Below are positions 36,054 through 45,781 of a DNA stretch of 47,059 bases, piece after piece; within the stretch, counting starts at the first letter, position 1, and each line of letters opens with the position of its first letter. Source of the stretch: a bacterium (GTDB lineage Bacteria > Verrucomicrobiota > Kiritimatiellia > RFP12 > DVOR01); contig JAUNQZ010000002.1 of the NCBI GenBank assembly GCA_030535915.1, positions 1 through 47,059 on the forward strand. Direction: 5' to 3'. A model generated the notes under the pieces. The model saw only the letters and a program-made list of their open reading frames with translations, was not told where the DNA came from and made no database searches. Position numbers and translations under genes: made by a program.

Positions 36054-38797
36054 TCCACGACCTCCTCATCGAGATTAATTTCACGCAACAACGCTTCGTG
36101 CATCACTTCTTCATTGCGAATGTCAGCTTCACGCTTTTCGATTTCCGCAGCCGTAAGGTCTTCACGATCCTCTTCAAGTTCGCGTTTATCACGCTCAATA
36201 TTCTTCTTCAAGAGTTCCTTCATCGCCTTATCATGTTCGCGTTGCGCTTTCGTACGCTTTTCACGTACTTCCACTTGATTCATTTCGTACTTATTCTTCG
36301 ACTTTTCACGACGAAGCATATCTTCTTCATCGGTCACATCCGCGAGTTGAGACTTCGACCAGCCCTTGTTCCAAACGCCAGCGGCATCAAGGTAATCCTT
36401 ACGACGCTGAGCTTCCTCTTGAGCCGACCGAGAGTCTTCAAAGACATAAGGCGTTAGGAAGACAAGCAGTTCGCTACGTTCATCCTTATCTGAAGTATAA
36501 CCAAAAAGATACTTACCAACAACAGGAATATGACGAAGAATTGGAATACCACTCTCTTCTTGTGTCTTTGTATGCGTTACAAGACCTCCAATAACAACTG
36601 TTTCACCATTGTTCACCGAAATACTACCAGAGATTTTACGCGTCACAGGAGAATCCCAAGAACCTTCTGTAACATTTCCGTCTTTATCACGTGTACCAGA
36701 ACCTGGGATTGTCTTTTTCGTACCTAATTGCTGGAATGTTTCTTCAAATTCAAGCACTACCGTACCATCAGGGTTAATACGAGGAGTAACCGTAATCTTT
36801 AAACCCATCTCTTCTTGTTTAATATCAGGTTGATAATCCGACCCCGAGTAAGAAGAGCCCATATACTTCATACCATTATAAAGGTACACAAGTTCAGTTG
36901 ATTCAATTGTAGCTTCTTTATTGTCTTGCGTCATCAAAATAGGAGAGGTCAAAACTTTTGTATGACTATCATTCTCTGCCGCATGTAACAAAAAGTCTAA
37001 ATTCCAACTATTGACAGAACCAAAATATGATACACCTCCGGAAGCTGAACCAATAGCCTTACCTACGAGATCATCTGCAACACGTGTTGTTGTTGTTTTT
37101 CCATCTTTATCAGTAGAATCAATAACATTTGTGAAGAAATTCTTTGGAGTAAGAGACCCTGCGCCACCTCCGCCAAACGAATCGCGATAATTATTACTAT
37201 CATCAACACGCTTCACCCATTGAATACCTGTTGTTATTTGATCTGTTAAACCAACGCTCAACACAACTGTTTCAATGAGGACTTGTGCGACGGGGATATC
37301 CATTGAGGCGATGATTTCTTTGATGGCGGCGAGGTCGCCAGGAGAAGCCATCACCATGACAGCATTGATACGCTTATCTGCAAGAATCTTGATATTTTCC
37401 TTCTTGAGTTCGCCCATCTTTGACTTTGTAGAAGCAGAAAGACTATTAGAAATTTGTTGAGCGCGTTCAGAAAGATTGCGATTTTCGGTTAAGTTAACAC
37501 CTTCAGCTGCATTAGCGGTATTAACTTGGTTATCCTTTTCGCTATTCTTGTTTGAAGTATTATCGATGAGTTCGTTCAGGAGGTCTGCAACACCCTTTTC
37601 GGAATCTTCTGTATCTGCCTTTGCGTACTTCAAGCGAATGATTTCAACAGCAATTTCCGGAGCGGTTTCGATATCGAGCACTTTAATGATGCGTTCGAAG
37701 AATTGCATATTGGAGGGACGCGTGACGATGATGAGCTGGTTGGAGCGTTCATCTGCCATGATTTGGACTTTACCACGAATCATTCCGCGGTCAGCATCCG
37801 AGACGAGCGCATCCATGGAAGCACTGGTCGTGTCAGGTAAATTATCTTGTGGGCGTGTCACCCCAGGGAGACTACGGGTACGACGGGTGGTACCGGCTTG
37901 CATCCCTTGCGACAGCGAATTGCTCACTTGGGGCGCGCCTTTGGTGGTCTTGGTCGTTGTTTCTTCACGCGAAGCTTCAACGAATTCTTCCAAAGCTTTC
38001 TTGACATCAACCGCCTTTGCATACTTGATGGGGCACACTTGCACTTCTTCAAGGACCGGCATGGGCTTGTCGATGAAGTTGATGATTTCAATCATGCGGT
38101 TGACATTCTCTTGCGTATCGGTAATCAAGAGTGAGTTGGTGCGTTCAAGGAACTGAATCTGACCATCGGGACGCTTGAAGGATTCAATTGCGGCTTGGGC
38201 TTCTTCTGCAGAGACATGCTTGGGGGTAATGATTTGACGAATGATTTGTCCCATTTCCGGGTGACGACCCGCTGCAGGAATTTCAAGGTAGGTTTCGATA
38301 CCTTGTTGACCAATGGTCTTAAAGGGAACGACGAGCGCGAAGTGATCACCCACAGGGAGAAGACCGATACCATTGAGCTGGAGTTGCTGTTCAATGGCTT
38401 GGAGATATTCTTCGTCGGACCAGTCTTCTTCACCATTCGAACGCAAGCTCATGGTGACTTTGGGGACATCGGGCGAAGTCAAGAGTGTACGACCGGTGAC
38501 TTGCGACCAGAGTTGAAGGAAGAGTTCTGCAGGGGCATTGTCAAACTTCAACTTCGGGCGACCGCCTTTACCGCGTTCAGCCTTGGCGAGTTGTTGAGCG
38601 ACCTCCGTTGCGGAGACAGCGGCATTAGCAGGCGTTGCTGCAGCAGGTGTAGTCGCATTTGTATTGCGTGCACCAGGGGTTGCACGATTACGACGCGTTG
38701 CTGCAGCTTGTGCAGAGAGCGTGGTTGCAGCCATCAGGAAAACAGCAGCTGGTAAAAGTCGTGTAAACGAGGGGGTCTTCATAGATTTATCCTTCAT
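36050..38797 (-). CDS. gspD: Type II secretion / type IV pilus-family secretin
   Basis: 915 aa with a signal peptide and N0/N1-type repeats (e.g. LLITDTQENVNRMIEIINFID, LIIVTRPSNMQFFERIIKVLD). The secretin core has VNNGETVVIGGL and SGIPILRHIPVVGKYLFG. A 129-aa charged C-terminal extension follows. Confidence 0.93.
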   Translation of the reverse strand: MKDKSMKTPSFTRLLPAAVFLMAATTLSAQAAATRRNRATPGARNTNATTPAAATPANAAVSATEVAQQLAKAERGKGGRPKLKFDNAPAELFLQLWSQVTGRTLLTSPDVPKVTMSLRSNGEEDWSDEEYLQAIEQQLQLNGIGLLPVGDHFALVVPFKTIGQQGIETYLEIPAAGRHPEMGQIIRQIITPKHVSAEEAQAAIESFKRPDGQIQFLERTNSLLITDTQENVNRMIEIINFIDKPMPVLEEVQVCPIKYAKAVDVKKALEEFVEASREETTTKTTKGAPQVSNSLSQGMQAGTTRRTRSLPGVTRPQDNLPDTTSASMDALVSDADRGMIRGKVQIMADERSNQLIIVTRPSNMQFFERIIKVLDIETAPEIAVEIIRLKYAKADTEDSEKGVADLLNELIDNTSNKNSEKDNQVNTANAAEGVNLTENRNLSERAQQISNSLSASTKSKMGELKKENIKILADKRINAVMVMASPGDLAAIKEIIASMDIPVAQVLIETVVLSVGLTDQITTGIQWVKRVDDSNNYRDSFGGGGAGSLTPKNFFTNVIDSTDKDGKTTTTRVADDLVGKAIGSASGGVSYFGSVNSWNLDFLLHAAENDSHTKVLTSPILMTQDNKEATIESTELVYLYNGMKYMGSSYSGSDYQPDIKQEEMGLKITVTPRINPDGTVVLEFEETFQQLGTKKTIPGSGTRDKDGNVTEGSWDSPVTRKISGSISVNNGETVVIGGLVTHTKTQEESGIPILRHIPVVGKYLFGYTSDKDERSELLVFLTPYVFEDSRSAQEEAQRRKDYLDAAGVWNKGWSKSQLADVTDEEDMLRREKSKNKYEMNQVEVREKRTKAQREHDKAMKELLKKNIERDKRELEEDREDLTAAEIEKREADIRNEEVMHEALLREINLDEEVVE

Positions 38798-39345
38798 TAT
38801 TCAGCATCAGAAATGGGTTCACGCATATAGGCACAGTTAAGCGTAAAAGAGCCTTGCAAAATGCCTGGGTTTTTTGAGCTCGGTTTCATTGTTAACGCAC
38901 GGAAATCCATCATTGCATCCGTGCGCGTTTCAAGATCATACAAGAACCAAACAAAGGAATCCAAGCGACCTTCCCAATCGCGACATTCAATGGTTAGTTC
39001 CGTTACATCGCCAACGATTTCTTCACCTTTGATTGAGCGTTGTGCGATTTTGACATTATTTTCCTTTGCGGCGTTATCCATCATTGGCAACCAATGGGTA
39101 TCCACCGCACTTCCTTCGGGGAACGACGGCATTGCATCACGCGTTGCTTCATAGTGTTCATACAAACTATCAATACTACGAATCGCAGCTTTACGCGTCT
39201 TTAAAAGGGTTTGTTCACGCAGAAGATTTTTTTCTGCGAGGTCATAGCGTTCGCGCATTTTGGGATACCAAATCCATAACGACCCAAAGACGAGGACGAG
39301 GATGAGCAGTGCGACCACAACGGGATTGCTCTTTTGCGTTTCCAT
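38797..39345 (-). CDS. GspM/PilO-like bitopic assembly protein
   Basis: 182 aa. It has an N-terminal TM segment (VVVALLILVLVFGSLWIW), a coiled coil, then a small alpha/beta domain. It has TAATG overlaps on both sides. Confidence 0.65.
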   Translation of the reverse strand: METQKSNPVVVALLILVLVFGSLWIWYPKMRERYDLAEKNLLREQTLLKTRKAAIRSIDSLYEHYEATRDAMPSFPEGSAVDTHWLPMMDNAAKENNVKIAQRSIKGEEIVGDVTELTIECRDWEGRLDSFVWFLYDLETRTDAMMDFRALTMKPSSKNPGILQGSFTLNCAYMREPISDAE

Positions 39346-40610
39346 TATGCTTCCTCCTCAACGAGTTCAAACTTGATATCCACATCGATGCGCTGGAGAC
39401 CCGTTTTACGATCTTCGACGAAACGCACAATTTCTGGAATTGCAGGCGGGCGTAACGAAGGGGGCTCTGCATTTGGATCAACGGCGAAGGCCTTTTCAAG
39501 CGCTTCCTTAAAGGCATACACATCTGCCGTTGTCTCCGCATTGGCAGAAATCTTAATTAAATTCTTTTGTTGGAAGTTCAACGAAAGGAAGGTCACACCC
39601 TTTGGCTTTGCCGCACAAACCAAACGCAAGATTTCCAACGCGGAATTGGAGCGGTCTTGATAACGCGAAATGAGATCCAAACGATTGCGCATCGCAAGAT
39701 ATTCATTATATTTAGGAGCAAGGGCTTTGTATTCTGCACGAATGGTTTCGAGTTCTTGTTCCTTTTGCATCGGCGCCAAGATAAAATAGGTCGCACATGC
39801 ACACCAAATCAACGCAAGGAAAAGTCCCCCCAAAATGATCATACACTTCTGGTGAAGTTTCTTTGCCATATCACGCCAAGATTGCGGTGTGACATCCATC
39901 TTTGCTTTTGCACTTGCGCGCGCAGCAAGGCCTTGTTTGAGCCAATCGGTCGCCATTCCATCGGGGAGCAAGACATCGTGAATGGTCGCAAAGATATCCA
40001 TCTCCTTCAGGAGGGCTTTCACCGCTAAGGCATCGGCAGGCGTTGGCGCATAGACATAAGCCGAGGAGATATTCCCCAACTGCCACACATTCATCAACGC
40101 GAGGAAGCGACTCAATTCACGCAGCATCACAGCGTCATCTTCGAGCGTTTCCAAGGTGCTAAAGGCATGGACACCCTTGAGCACGCCTTCAACCACGGCC
40201 ATCAAAAGGATTTCATCGGTTGCTTGCAAAAAGATGAAATGCGACCCATGCTTTAAAGTGGCCTCTTTGTCTACGAGAACATTCACCCATGCAAGAACCG
40301 ACACATCAATACGGCAACGCCCCAATTGGTGACGCGACTTTAACGTTGGATACCACGGCGCTGCTGCGAGGCGTTCCTCAGAAGCAATCACCGCAAGATA
40401 ATTCACCTCATGTTGATTTTCATGCAACAGTTCCCAACTGCAACCATAGGTTCCCTCTTCAAAAGGAGACAATGCCTCTGCCTCAAGCTGTACCATCTCG
40501 GCATCTGGCAATTTTCCTTCATCCTTCGGCAATGTAAAACACGAACAAATCGCGTTACAAGCCTCAATATAGGGCAAATTCGTGCGTACTTTTGTCTTTT
40601 TTGTAGCCAT
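39345..40610 (-). CDS. GspL-like (PilM-PilN fusion-like) bitopic assembly protein
   Basis: 421 aa. A cytoplasmic domain of about 255 aa is followed by a TM segment at aa 256-278 (CMIILGGLFLALIWCACATYFIL). Then come a coiled coil and a PilN-like periplasmic domain of about 140 aa. Confidence 0.6.
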   Translation of the reverse strand: MATKKTKVRTNLPYIEACNAICSCFTLPKDEGKLPDAEMVQLEAEALSPFEEGTYGCSWELLHENQHEVNYLAVIASEERLAAAPWYPTLKSRHQLGRCRIDVSVLAWVNVLVDKEATLKHGSHFIFLQATDEILLMAVVEGVLKGVHAFSTLETLEDDAVMLRELSRFLALMNVWQLGNISSAYVYAPTPADALAVKALLKEMDIFATIHDVLLPDGMATDWLKQGLAARASAKAKMDVTPQSWRDMAKKLHQKCMIILGGLFLALIWCACATYFILAPMQKEQELETIRAEYKALAPKYNEYLAMRNRLDLISRYQDRSNSALEILRLVCAAKPKGVTFLSLNFQQKNLIKISANAETTADVYAFKEALEKAFAVDPNAEPPSLRPPAIPEIVRFVEDRKTGLQRIDVDIKFELVEEEA

Positions 40611-40634
40611 TAACGACGCATGCCTCTCTCTTTA

Positions 40635-41888
40635 CTAAATTTCTTCTTGCCAACGGAGGATCGTTAAATCCTGCGCCGCAGAGGTCAAACCACTTGAGTT
40701 CTTCTTCGAATCCGAACCACCGCGTTGAACAATCGCTGTTGCGCGTCGACGAATATTTCCAACGCGTCCCTCAAGCTCAAGTTTATAAATCTCACAATCC
40801 ACCGTTAGATAGGTGTTTGCATCTTCTTGTGAAATGCCCGGAATTCGTGCAAGGAAATCCGAGATATCCTTAAAGCTATAGTCTTCAATCGCAGCCGTTC
40901 CCAAACTGGCTCCACGCGCAGTTTGACGCACTTGCGTAGAAGCTCCAAAGGAATCTGCATTGAGCCCTTCGCGTTCTTCCAAAATCGTATCCACAATGAG
41001 CCCATCGGAATCTTCAAAACACGGAACGGTCAACAGCACTTCGCGGGGCGCTGCATTGACATTAATCTTGCCATCGCCATAAAGCGAAAAGAGATGTTCA
41101 ATGCCAGAGACGGTAATCTGACGCGATTCACTCTCTTTGGGATTCCAAATGCCACCTTTTAAAAGAACGCCATTATTTGTGTCAAATCCACGGATATATG
41201 CAAGTTCACCAATGGTATCTAAGGCCGCATTCTTACACGCATACGGATTCGGCTCAAGATTCTCATAGTAATCCGTCTCTGCACCATCAGCCGAAGTCTC
41301 AAGACTATCCTCATCGACCCAATCGTAGAAAGAGTCAATCAAAATCCCATGTTCTTCCTCGGGGACCCCTGCGAGTTCAAGAATACGTCCCCAAATAAGG
41401 TCTGCATTATCACCATACCCCGCACGGGAAAGTTTGTTCAGATTCCAACGCGCAGGTTCGGGTTCAATCGCAAGCACAATCTCAGCTTCTGCAAGCGTTT
41501 CGGAACTTTCCGCTGTCTCCGCCTTGGTTGCAATGGCTTGCGAGGTCATGAAATAAAGGCGACCATCTTCACCCACCTTTAATTGTTGACGAACCTCAAC
41601 GCGTTGTCCGCGCTTAAGACGAATGGCGGGTTCAATCCAACGGTCTTTTAGAAGCTCTTCCTCCGTCTCTTCACCCGTGACATCTTCTTGGCGTTCCATC
41701 AGCAAACTCGCAATACACAAGCCCGAATCCATCAATGCCGTCGCTTGATGACGCGTGTAAGTATAGGTCGCAACCTTTGTCTCAATAAAAGTATCCATCG
41801 TAAAAGACGCAAGCATAAGACTCAATACAGCGATTGTCCAAATCACTGATATCAATGCGTATCCGCTTCGTCCATTTACTCTTTTCAT
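40635..41888 (-). CDS. gspK: Type II secretion minor pseudopilin GspK-like protein
   Basis: From the ATG at 41888 the N-terminus is MKRVNGRSGYALISVIWTIAVLSLMLASF, a pseudopilin-type hydrophobic helix. There is a helix-hairpin-helix INVNAAPREVLLTVP motif. The track ORF begins 17 codons earlier at 41939, inside an AT-rich promoter-like stretch. Confidence 0.75.
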   Translation of the reverse strand: MKRVNGRSGYALISVIWTIAVLSLMLASFTMDTFIETKVATYTYTRHQATALMDSGLCIASLLMERQEDVTGEETEEELLKDRWIEPAIRLKRGQRVEVRQQLKVGEDGRLYFMTSQAIATKAETAESSETLAEAEIVLAIEPEPARWNLNKLSRAGYGDNADLIWGRILELAGVPEEEHGILIDSFYDWVDEDSLETSADGAETDYYENLEPNPYACKNAALDTIGELAYIRGFDTNNGVLLKGGIWNPKESESRQITVSGIEHLFSLYGDGKINVNAAPREVLLTVPCFEDSDGLIVDTILEEREGLNADSFGASTQVRQTARGASLGTAAIEDYSFKDISDFLARIPGISQEDANTYLTVDCEIYKLELEGRVGNIRRRATAIVQRGGSDSKKNSSGLTSAAQDLTILRWQEEI

Positions 41889-42094
41889 ACGTATATATTT
41901 ATATAGTATATCATATTTCAAAGGAAGATACAATAACATCCACGAAAAAAGTCAGTGAAAAACAGCCGTATCCACGCCGCTTATTTCACACATAAAACAT
42001 CTGTTTAACGTTCCCTTACACCCCCTTACCGCAACGCCAACACCACCGCTCTACAATAGAAATGACGCGCCGCTTTTGCAATCCGTTCAAGATT

Positions 42095-42132
42095 AAAAAT
42101 AAAAGAGCCCTCGGAGAACCGAGGACTCTTTT
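42095..42132 (-). terminator. Rho-independent terminator of the PFOR gene
   Basis: The hairpin is GAGCCCTCGG-AGAA-CCGAGGACTC (42105-42128). On the minus strand it is followed by TTTTATTTTT. Confidence 0.8.
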
Positions 42133-42154
42133 GATGAATGTTTATATCAAACGA

Positions 42155-45100
42155 TTAATAAACATTGAGGGCTGCGAGCGCCTGAAGGTATTCATACTTG
42201 CGAGAGTAGAATGCGTCAGCCTTTTCGAACATTGCCTTTGCTTCTTCAGGATTCATCTTAGCGAGCTGCTTGAAGCGGTTTTCCTTCGTTGCCTGGACTT
42301 CAGAGAACTTCACAGCGGGAGCCTTGGAGTCGAGGATGAGCGGATTCTTGCCCTGTGCAGCGAGCTCAGGATTGTAGCGGAAGAGCGGGAAGTGACCGGT
42401 TTCAACAGCCATCTTCTGGTGTTCGAGGCCCTGTGCAAGGTTGATACCATGTGCAATGCAGTGTGCATAAGCAATGATCAATGCAGGACCATCATATTCT
42501 TCAGCTTCCTTGAATGCCTTAACAGCAGCTTCAGGATTCATACCCATCGAGATCTGTGCGACATAGATGTTCTTGTAGGTCATGGAGATCGCGGCGAGGT
42601 CCTTCTTCATCTGAGGCTTACCAGCAGCGGCGAACTTGGCGATTGCGCCCACAGGCGTGGACTTGGAGGCCTGACCACCGGTGTTGGAGTAAACTTCTGT
42701 GTCGAGGACGAGAATCTTGACATTACGACCGGTTGCGAGCACGTGGTCGAGACCACCGTAACCGATATCGTAAGCCCAGCCGTCACCACCGATGAGCCAC
42801 ACCGAGCGACGAACGAGGAAGTCTGCAATGCTGGCGAGTTTCTTGCCAATTGCACAATCACACTTCGCGGTGATTTCCTTGATCTTTGCAACGCGAGCAC
42901 GCTGTGCAGCGATGTCTTCGTCGGTCTTCTGAGTGTCAGCCGCAGCGAGGGTTTCTTCGAGAAGCGCCTTGACCTCTGCGGGAGCTTCAGGATTGGCGAG
43001 GATTTGAGCAATCAATTCCTTCGCAAAAGCCTTCTGCTTATCGCGCGTCACGACCATACCGAGGCCGAATTCTGCGTTGTCTTCGAAGAGGGAGTTCGCC
43101 CATGCGGGACCCTTACCTTCTGCGTTCTTGGCATAAGGTGTGGTCGGCAAGTTACCACCGTAGATCGAAGAGCAACCCGTTGCGTTAGCGATGCAGAGGT
43201 GATCGCCGAAGAGCTGGGTGAGCATCTTGACATAGGGGGTTTCACCGCAACCAGCGCAAGCACCGGAGAACTCAAAGAGCGGACGACGGAGCTGGGAGGT
43301 CTTCGCATTGAGGGTAGCACCCGTGAGGTCGGTTTCAGGGAGGCTGAGGAAGAAGTCCCAGTTGGCCTGACCCGGCTTACGAAGGGTGTCCTGATTGTAA
43401 TGGACCATGTTGAGGGCCTTGCCCTTGTTCGGGATTTCAGGGCAGACCTGCGTGCAGAGACCGCAACCGGTGCAGTCTTCAACAGAGACCTGAAGAATCA
43501 TCTTCTTGCCCTTGAACGGAGGCTTAGCATCAGCAGTGACGAAGGAGTCAGGAGCGCCAGCGAGGGCAGCTTCATCGACAATCTTCGCACGAATTGCTGC
43601 GTGCGGGCAAACCGTCGAGCACTTGAGGCACTGGATACAGGTTTCGTTATTCCAAGAAGGAACCTTCACAGCGATGTTACGCTTTTCGAACTGTGTCGTA
43701 GCGGTCGGCCAGGTGCCATCATCAGGAATTGCAGAAACAGGGAGATCATCGCCTTCTTGACGCATCATCTTCGCGGTGACATTCTTGACGAAGTCAGGCG
43801 CAGATTCAACGACGGTTGCAGGCTTGACGAGCTTACCCGAGGGAGCTGCAGGCACGGTGACTTCTTCGATTGCATCCTTCGCAGCATCAATTGCATCCCA
43901 GTTGAGTTTAACGACATCGTCACCCTTCTTGCCGTAAGCCTTCTTCGCCGCGGCCTTGAGGAGTTCGATTGCCTTGTCAGCAGGGATAATGCCAGAGATC
44001 ACGAAGAAGGCCGTCTGCATGATGGTGTTGGTACGACCACCGAGACCGAGGGCCTGAGCAACCTTCACAGCGTTGACGACATAGAACTTCAACTTCTTGT
44101 CAATGATGACCTGAGCGACTTCATCCGGAATGTGATCCCAAACGGTTGCTGCATCATATTCAGACTGGAGGAGGAAGGTTGCGCCGGGCTTCGCTGCAGC
44201 GAGCATGTCATACTTTTCAAGGAAGGAGAAGTTATGGCAAGCAATGAAGTCAGCCTTGGTGCAGAGATAGGGGCTGCGGATCTTGTTCGGACCGAAGCGA
44301 AGGTGAGAAACGGTGAGACCACCGGCCTTCTTCGAGTCGTACACGAAGTAACCCTGAGCATAGTTATCGGTGTTATCACCAATGACCTTGATGCTGTTCT
44401 TGTTAGCACCGACGGTACCGTCAGAACCCAAACCGTAGAACATACATTCGGTGCAACCAGAATCCTTCAAGAGGAATTCAGGAATTTCAATGCAAGCACC
44501 GGTGATATCGTCATTGATACCGATAGCATAGTGGTTCTTGGGCTTGTCAGCGACCATGTTGTCAAAGACACCCTTCACCATTGCAGGGGTGAATTCCTTA
44601 GAACCTAAGCCGTAGCGAGCACCGTAGGTACGAGGATACTGGATGTCAAGAATGCCATCCTGCATTGCATCGCCGAGCGCAGTGCGAACATCGGTGTAAA
44701 GCGGTTCGCCAACAGAGCCGGGTTCCTTGGTACGATCGAGAACGGTAATACGCTTGACCGTCTTCGGCAATGCAGCAGCGAATGCCTTAACATCAAAGGG
44801 ACGATAGAGGCGGACCTTAACGAGACCAACCTTCTGACCTTCAGCGACGAGTTCTTCAACGGTTTCTTCAATAGTTTCAACGCCCGAACCCATAGCAACG
44901 ATGACGCTTTCAGCATCAGGAGCACCCACATAGTCAAAGAGGTGATACTGACGACCGATGAGCTTCGCGAGCTTATCCATGTTCGCCTGAACGATTTCAG
45001 GAACTGCCATGTAGTACTTGTTGCACGTTTCGCGACCCTGGAAGTAAACGTCAGGGTTCTGAGCAGTACCACGCATGGTCGGTGCTTCAGGATTGAGACC

Positions 45101-45715
45101 GCGAGCGCGGAATTCATCCACCTTCGCTTCATCAATCATTTCACGAATGACGTCCTGCGGGATCGCTTCAATCTTCTGCACTTCGTGAGAGGTACGGAAA
45201 CCATCAAAGAAGTGAACAAAAGGAATCTTCGCCTGGAGGGTGGTAGCATGAGCAATAAGCGCCATGTCACCGCATTCCTGAACCGAAGCCGAACCGAGGA
45301 ACGCAAAACCGGTCTGACGGCAAGCCATGATATCACCATGGTCACCGAAGATGGACAAGCCCTGCATTGCGAGTGCACGTGCGGTCACGTGGAAAACAGC
45401 AGGCGTCAATTCACCAGCGATCTTGTACATGTTAGGAATCATGAGCAAGAGACCCTGGGAGGCGGTGAAGGTGGTGGTCAACGAACCGGTTGCCAAAGCA
45501 CCGTGAACGGCACCTGCAGCACCAGCTTCAGACTGGAGTTCAACGATGTGAGGAATCGTTCCCCAGATGTTGGTCTGCTTGTGAGCAGCCCATTCATCGG
45601 CGAATTCAGCCATGGGGGAAGACGGGGTAATAGGATAAATGGCGGCAATTTCGGAGCATGCAAACGCAACGCGTGCAGTGGCTTCGTTACCGTCACACAT
45701 AATGTACTGTGCCAT
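42155..45715 (-). CDS. nifJ: Pyruvate:ferredoxin (flavodoxin) oxidoreductase, single-chain
   Basis: 1186 aa. Two 4Fe-4S ferredoxin motifs are CIQCLKCSTVCP and CTGCGLCTQVCP. The TPP-binding motif is GGDGWAYDIGYGGLDH. AGGAGA Shine-Dalgarno. Confidence 0.97.
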   Translation of the reverse strand: MAQYIMCDGNEATARVAFACSEIAAIYPITPSSPMAEFADEWAAHKQTNIWGTIPHIVELQSEAGAAGAVHGALATGSLTTTFTASQGLLLMIPNMYKIAGELTPAVFHVTARALAMQGLSIFGDHGDIMACRQTGFAFLGSASVQECGDMALIAHATTLQAKIPFVHFFDGFRTSHEVQKIEAIPQDVIREMIDEAKVDEFRARGLNPEAPTMRGTAQNPDVYFQGRETCNKYYMAVPEIVQANMDKLAKLIGRQYHLFDYVGAPDAESVIVAMGSGVETIEETVEELVAEGQKVGLVKVRLYRPFDVKAFAAALPKTVKRITVLDRTKEPGSVGEPLYTDVRTALGDAMQDGILDIQYPRTYGARYGLGSKEFTPAMVKGVFDNMVADKPKNHYAIGINDDITGACIEIPEFLLKDSGCTECMFYGLGSDGTVGANKNSIKVIGDNTDNYAQGYFVYDSKKAGGLTVSHLRFGPNKIRSPYLCTKADFIACHNFSFLEKYDMLAAAKPGATFLLQSEYDAATVWDHIPDEVAQVIIDKKLKFYVVNAVKVAQALGLGGRTNTIMQTAFFVISGIIPADKAIELLKAAAKKAYGKKGDDVVKLNWDAIDAAKDAIEEVTVPAAPSGKLVKPATVVESAPDFVKNVTAKMMRQEGDDLPVSAIPDDGTWPTATTQFEKRNIAVKVPSWNNETCIQCLKCSTVCPHAAIRAKIVDEAALAGAPDSFVTADAKPPFKGKKMILQVSVEDCTGCGLCTQVCPEIPNKGKALNMVHYNQDTLRKPGQANWDFFLSLPETDLTGATLNAKTSQLRRPLFEFSGACAGCGETPYVKMLTQLFGDHLCIANATGCSSIYGGNLPTTPYAKNAEGKGPAWANSLFEDNAEFGLGMVVTRDKQKAFAKELIAQILANPEAPAEVKALLEETLAAADTQKTDEDIAAQRARVAKIKEITAKCDCAIGKKLASIADFLVRRSVWLIGGDGWAYDIGYGGLDHVLATGRNVKILVLDTEVYSNTGGQASKSTPVGAIAKFAAAGKPQMKKDLAAISMTYKNIYVAQISMGMNPEAAVKAFKEAEEYDGPALIIAYAHCIAHGINLAQGLEHQKMAVETGHFPLFRYNPELAAQGKNPLILDSKAPAVKFSEVQATKENRFKQLAKMNPEEAKAMFEKADAFYSRKYEYLQALAALNVY

Positions 45716-45737
45716 TTTTTCTCTCCTAGAAAAGCAT

Positions 45738-45764
45738 CAGCGCCCGTTAAGGACTCGGGCGCTG
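45738..45764 (-). terminator. Intergenic hairpin between fba and nifJ (terminator or attenuator)
   Basis: On the minus strand, CAGCGCCCG-AGTCCTTAA-CGGGCGCTG is followed by ATGCTTTTCT. It lies 18 nt after the fba stop. Confidence 0.45.
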
Positions 45765-45781
45765 ACGCTCAGTTTTCTTTT

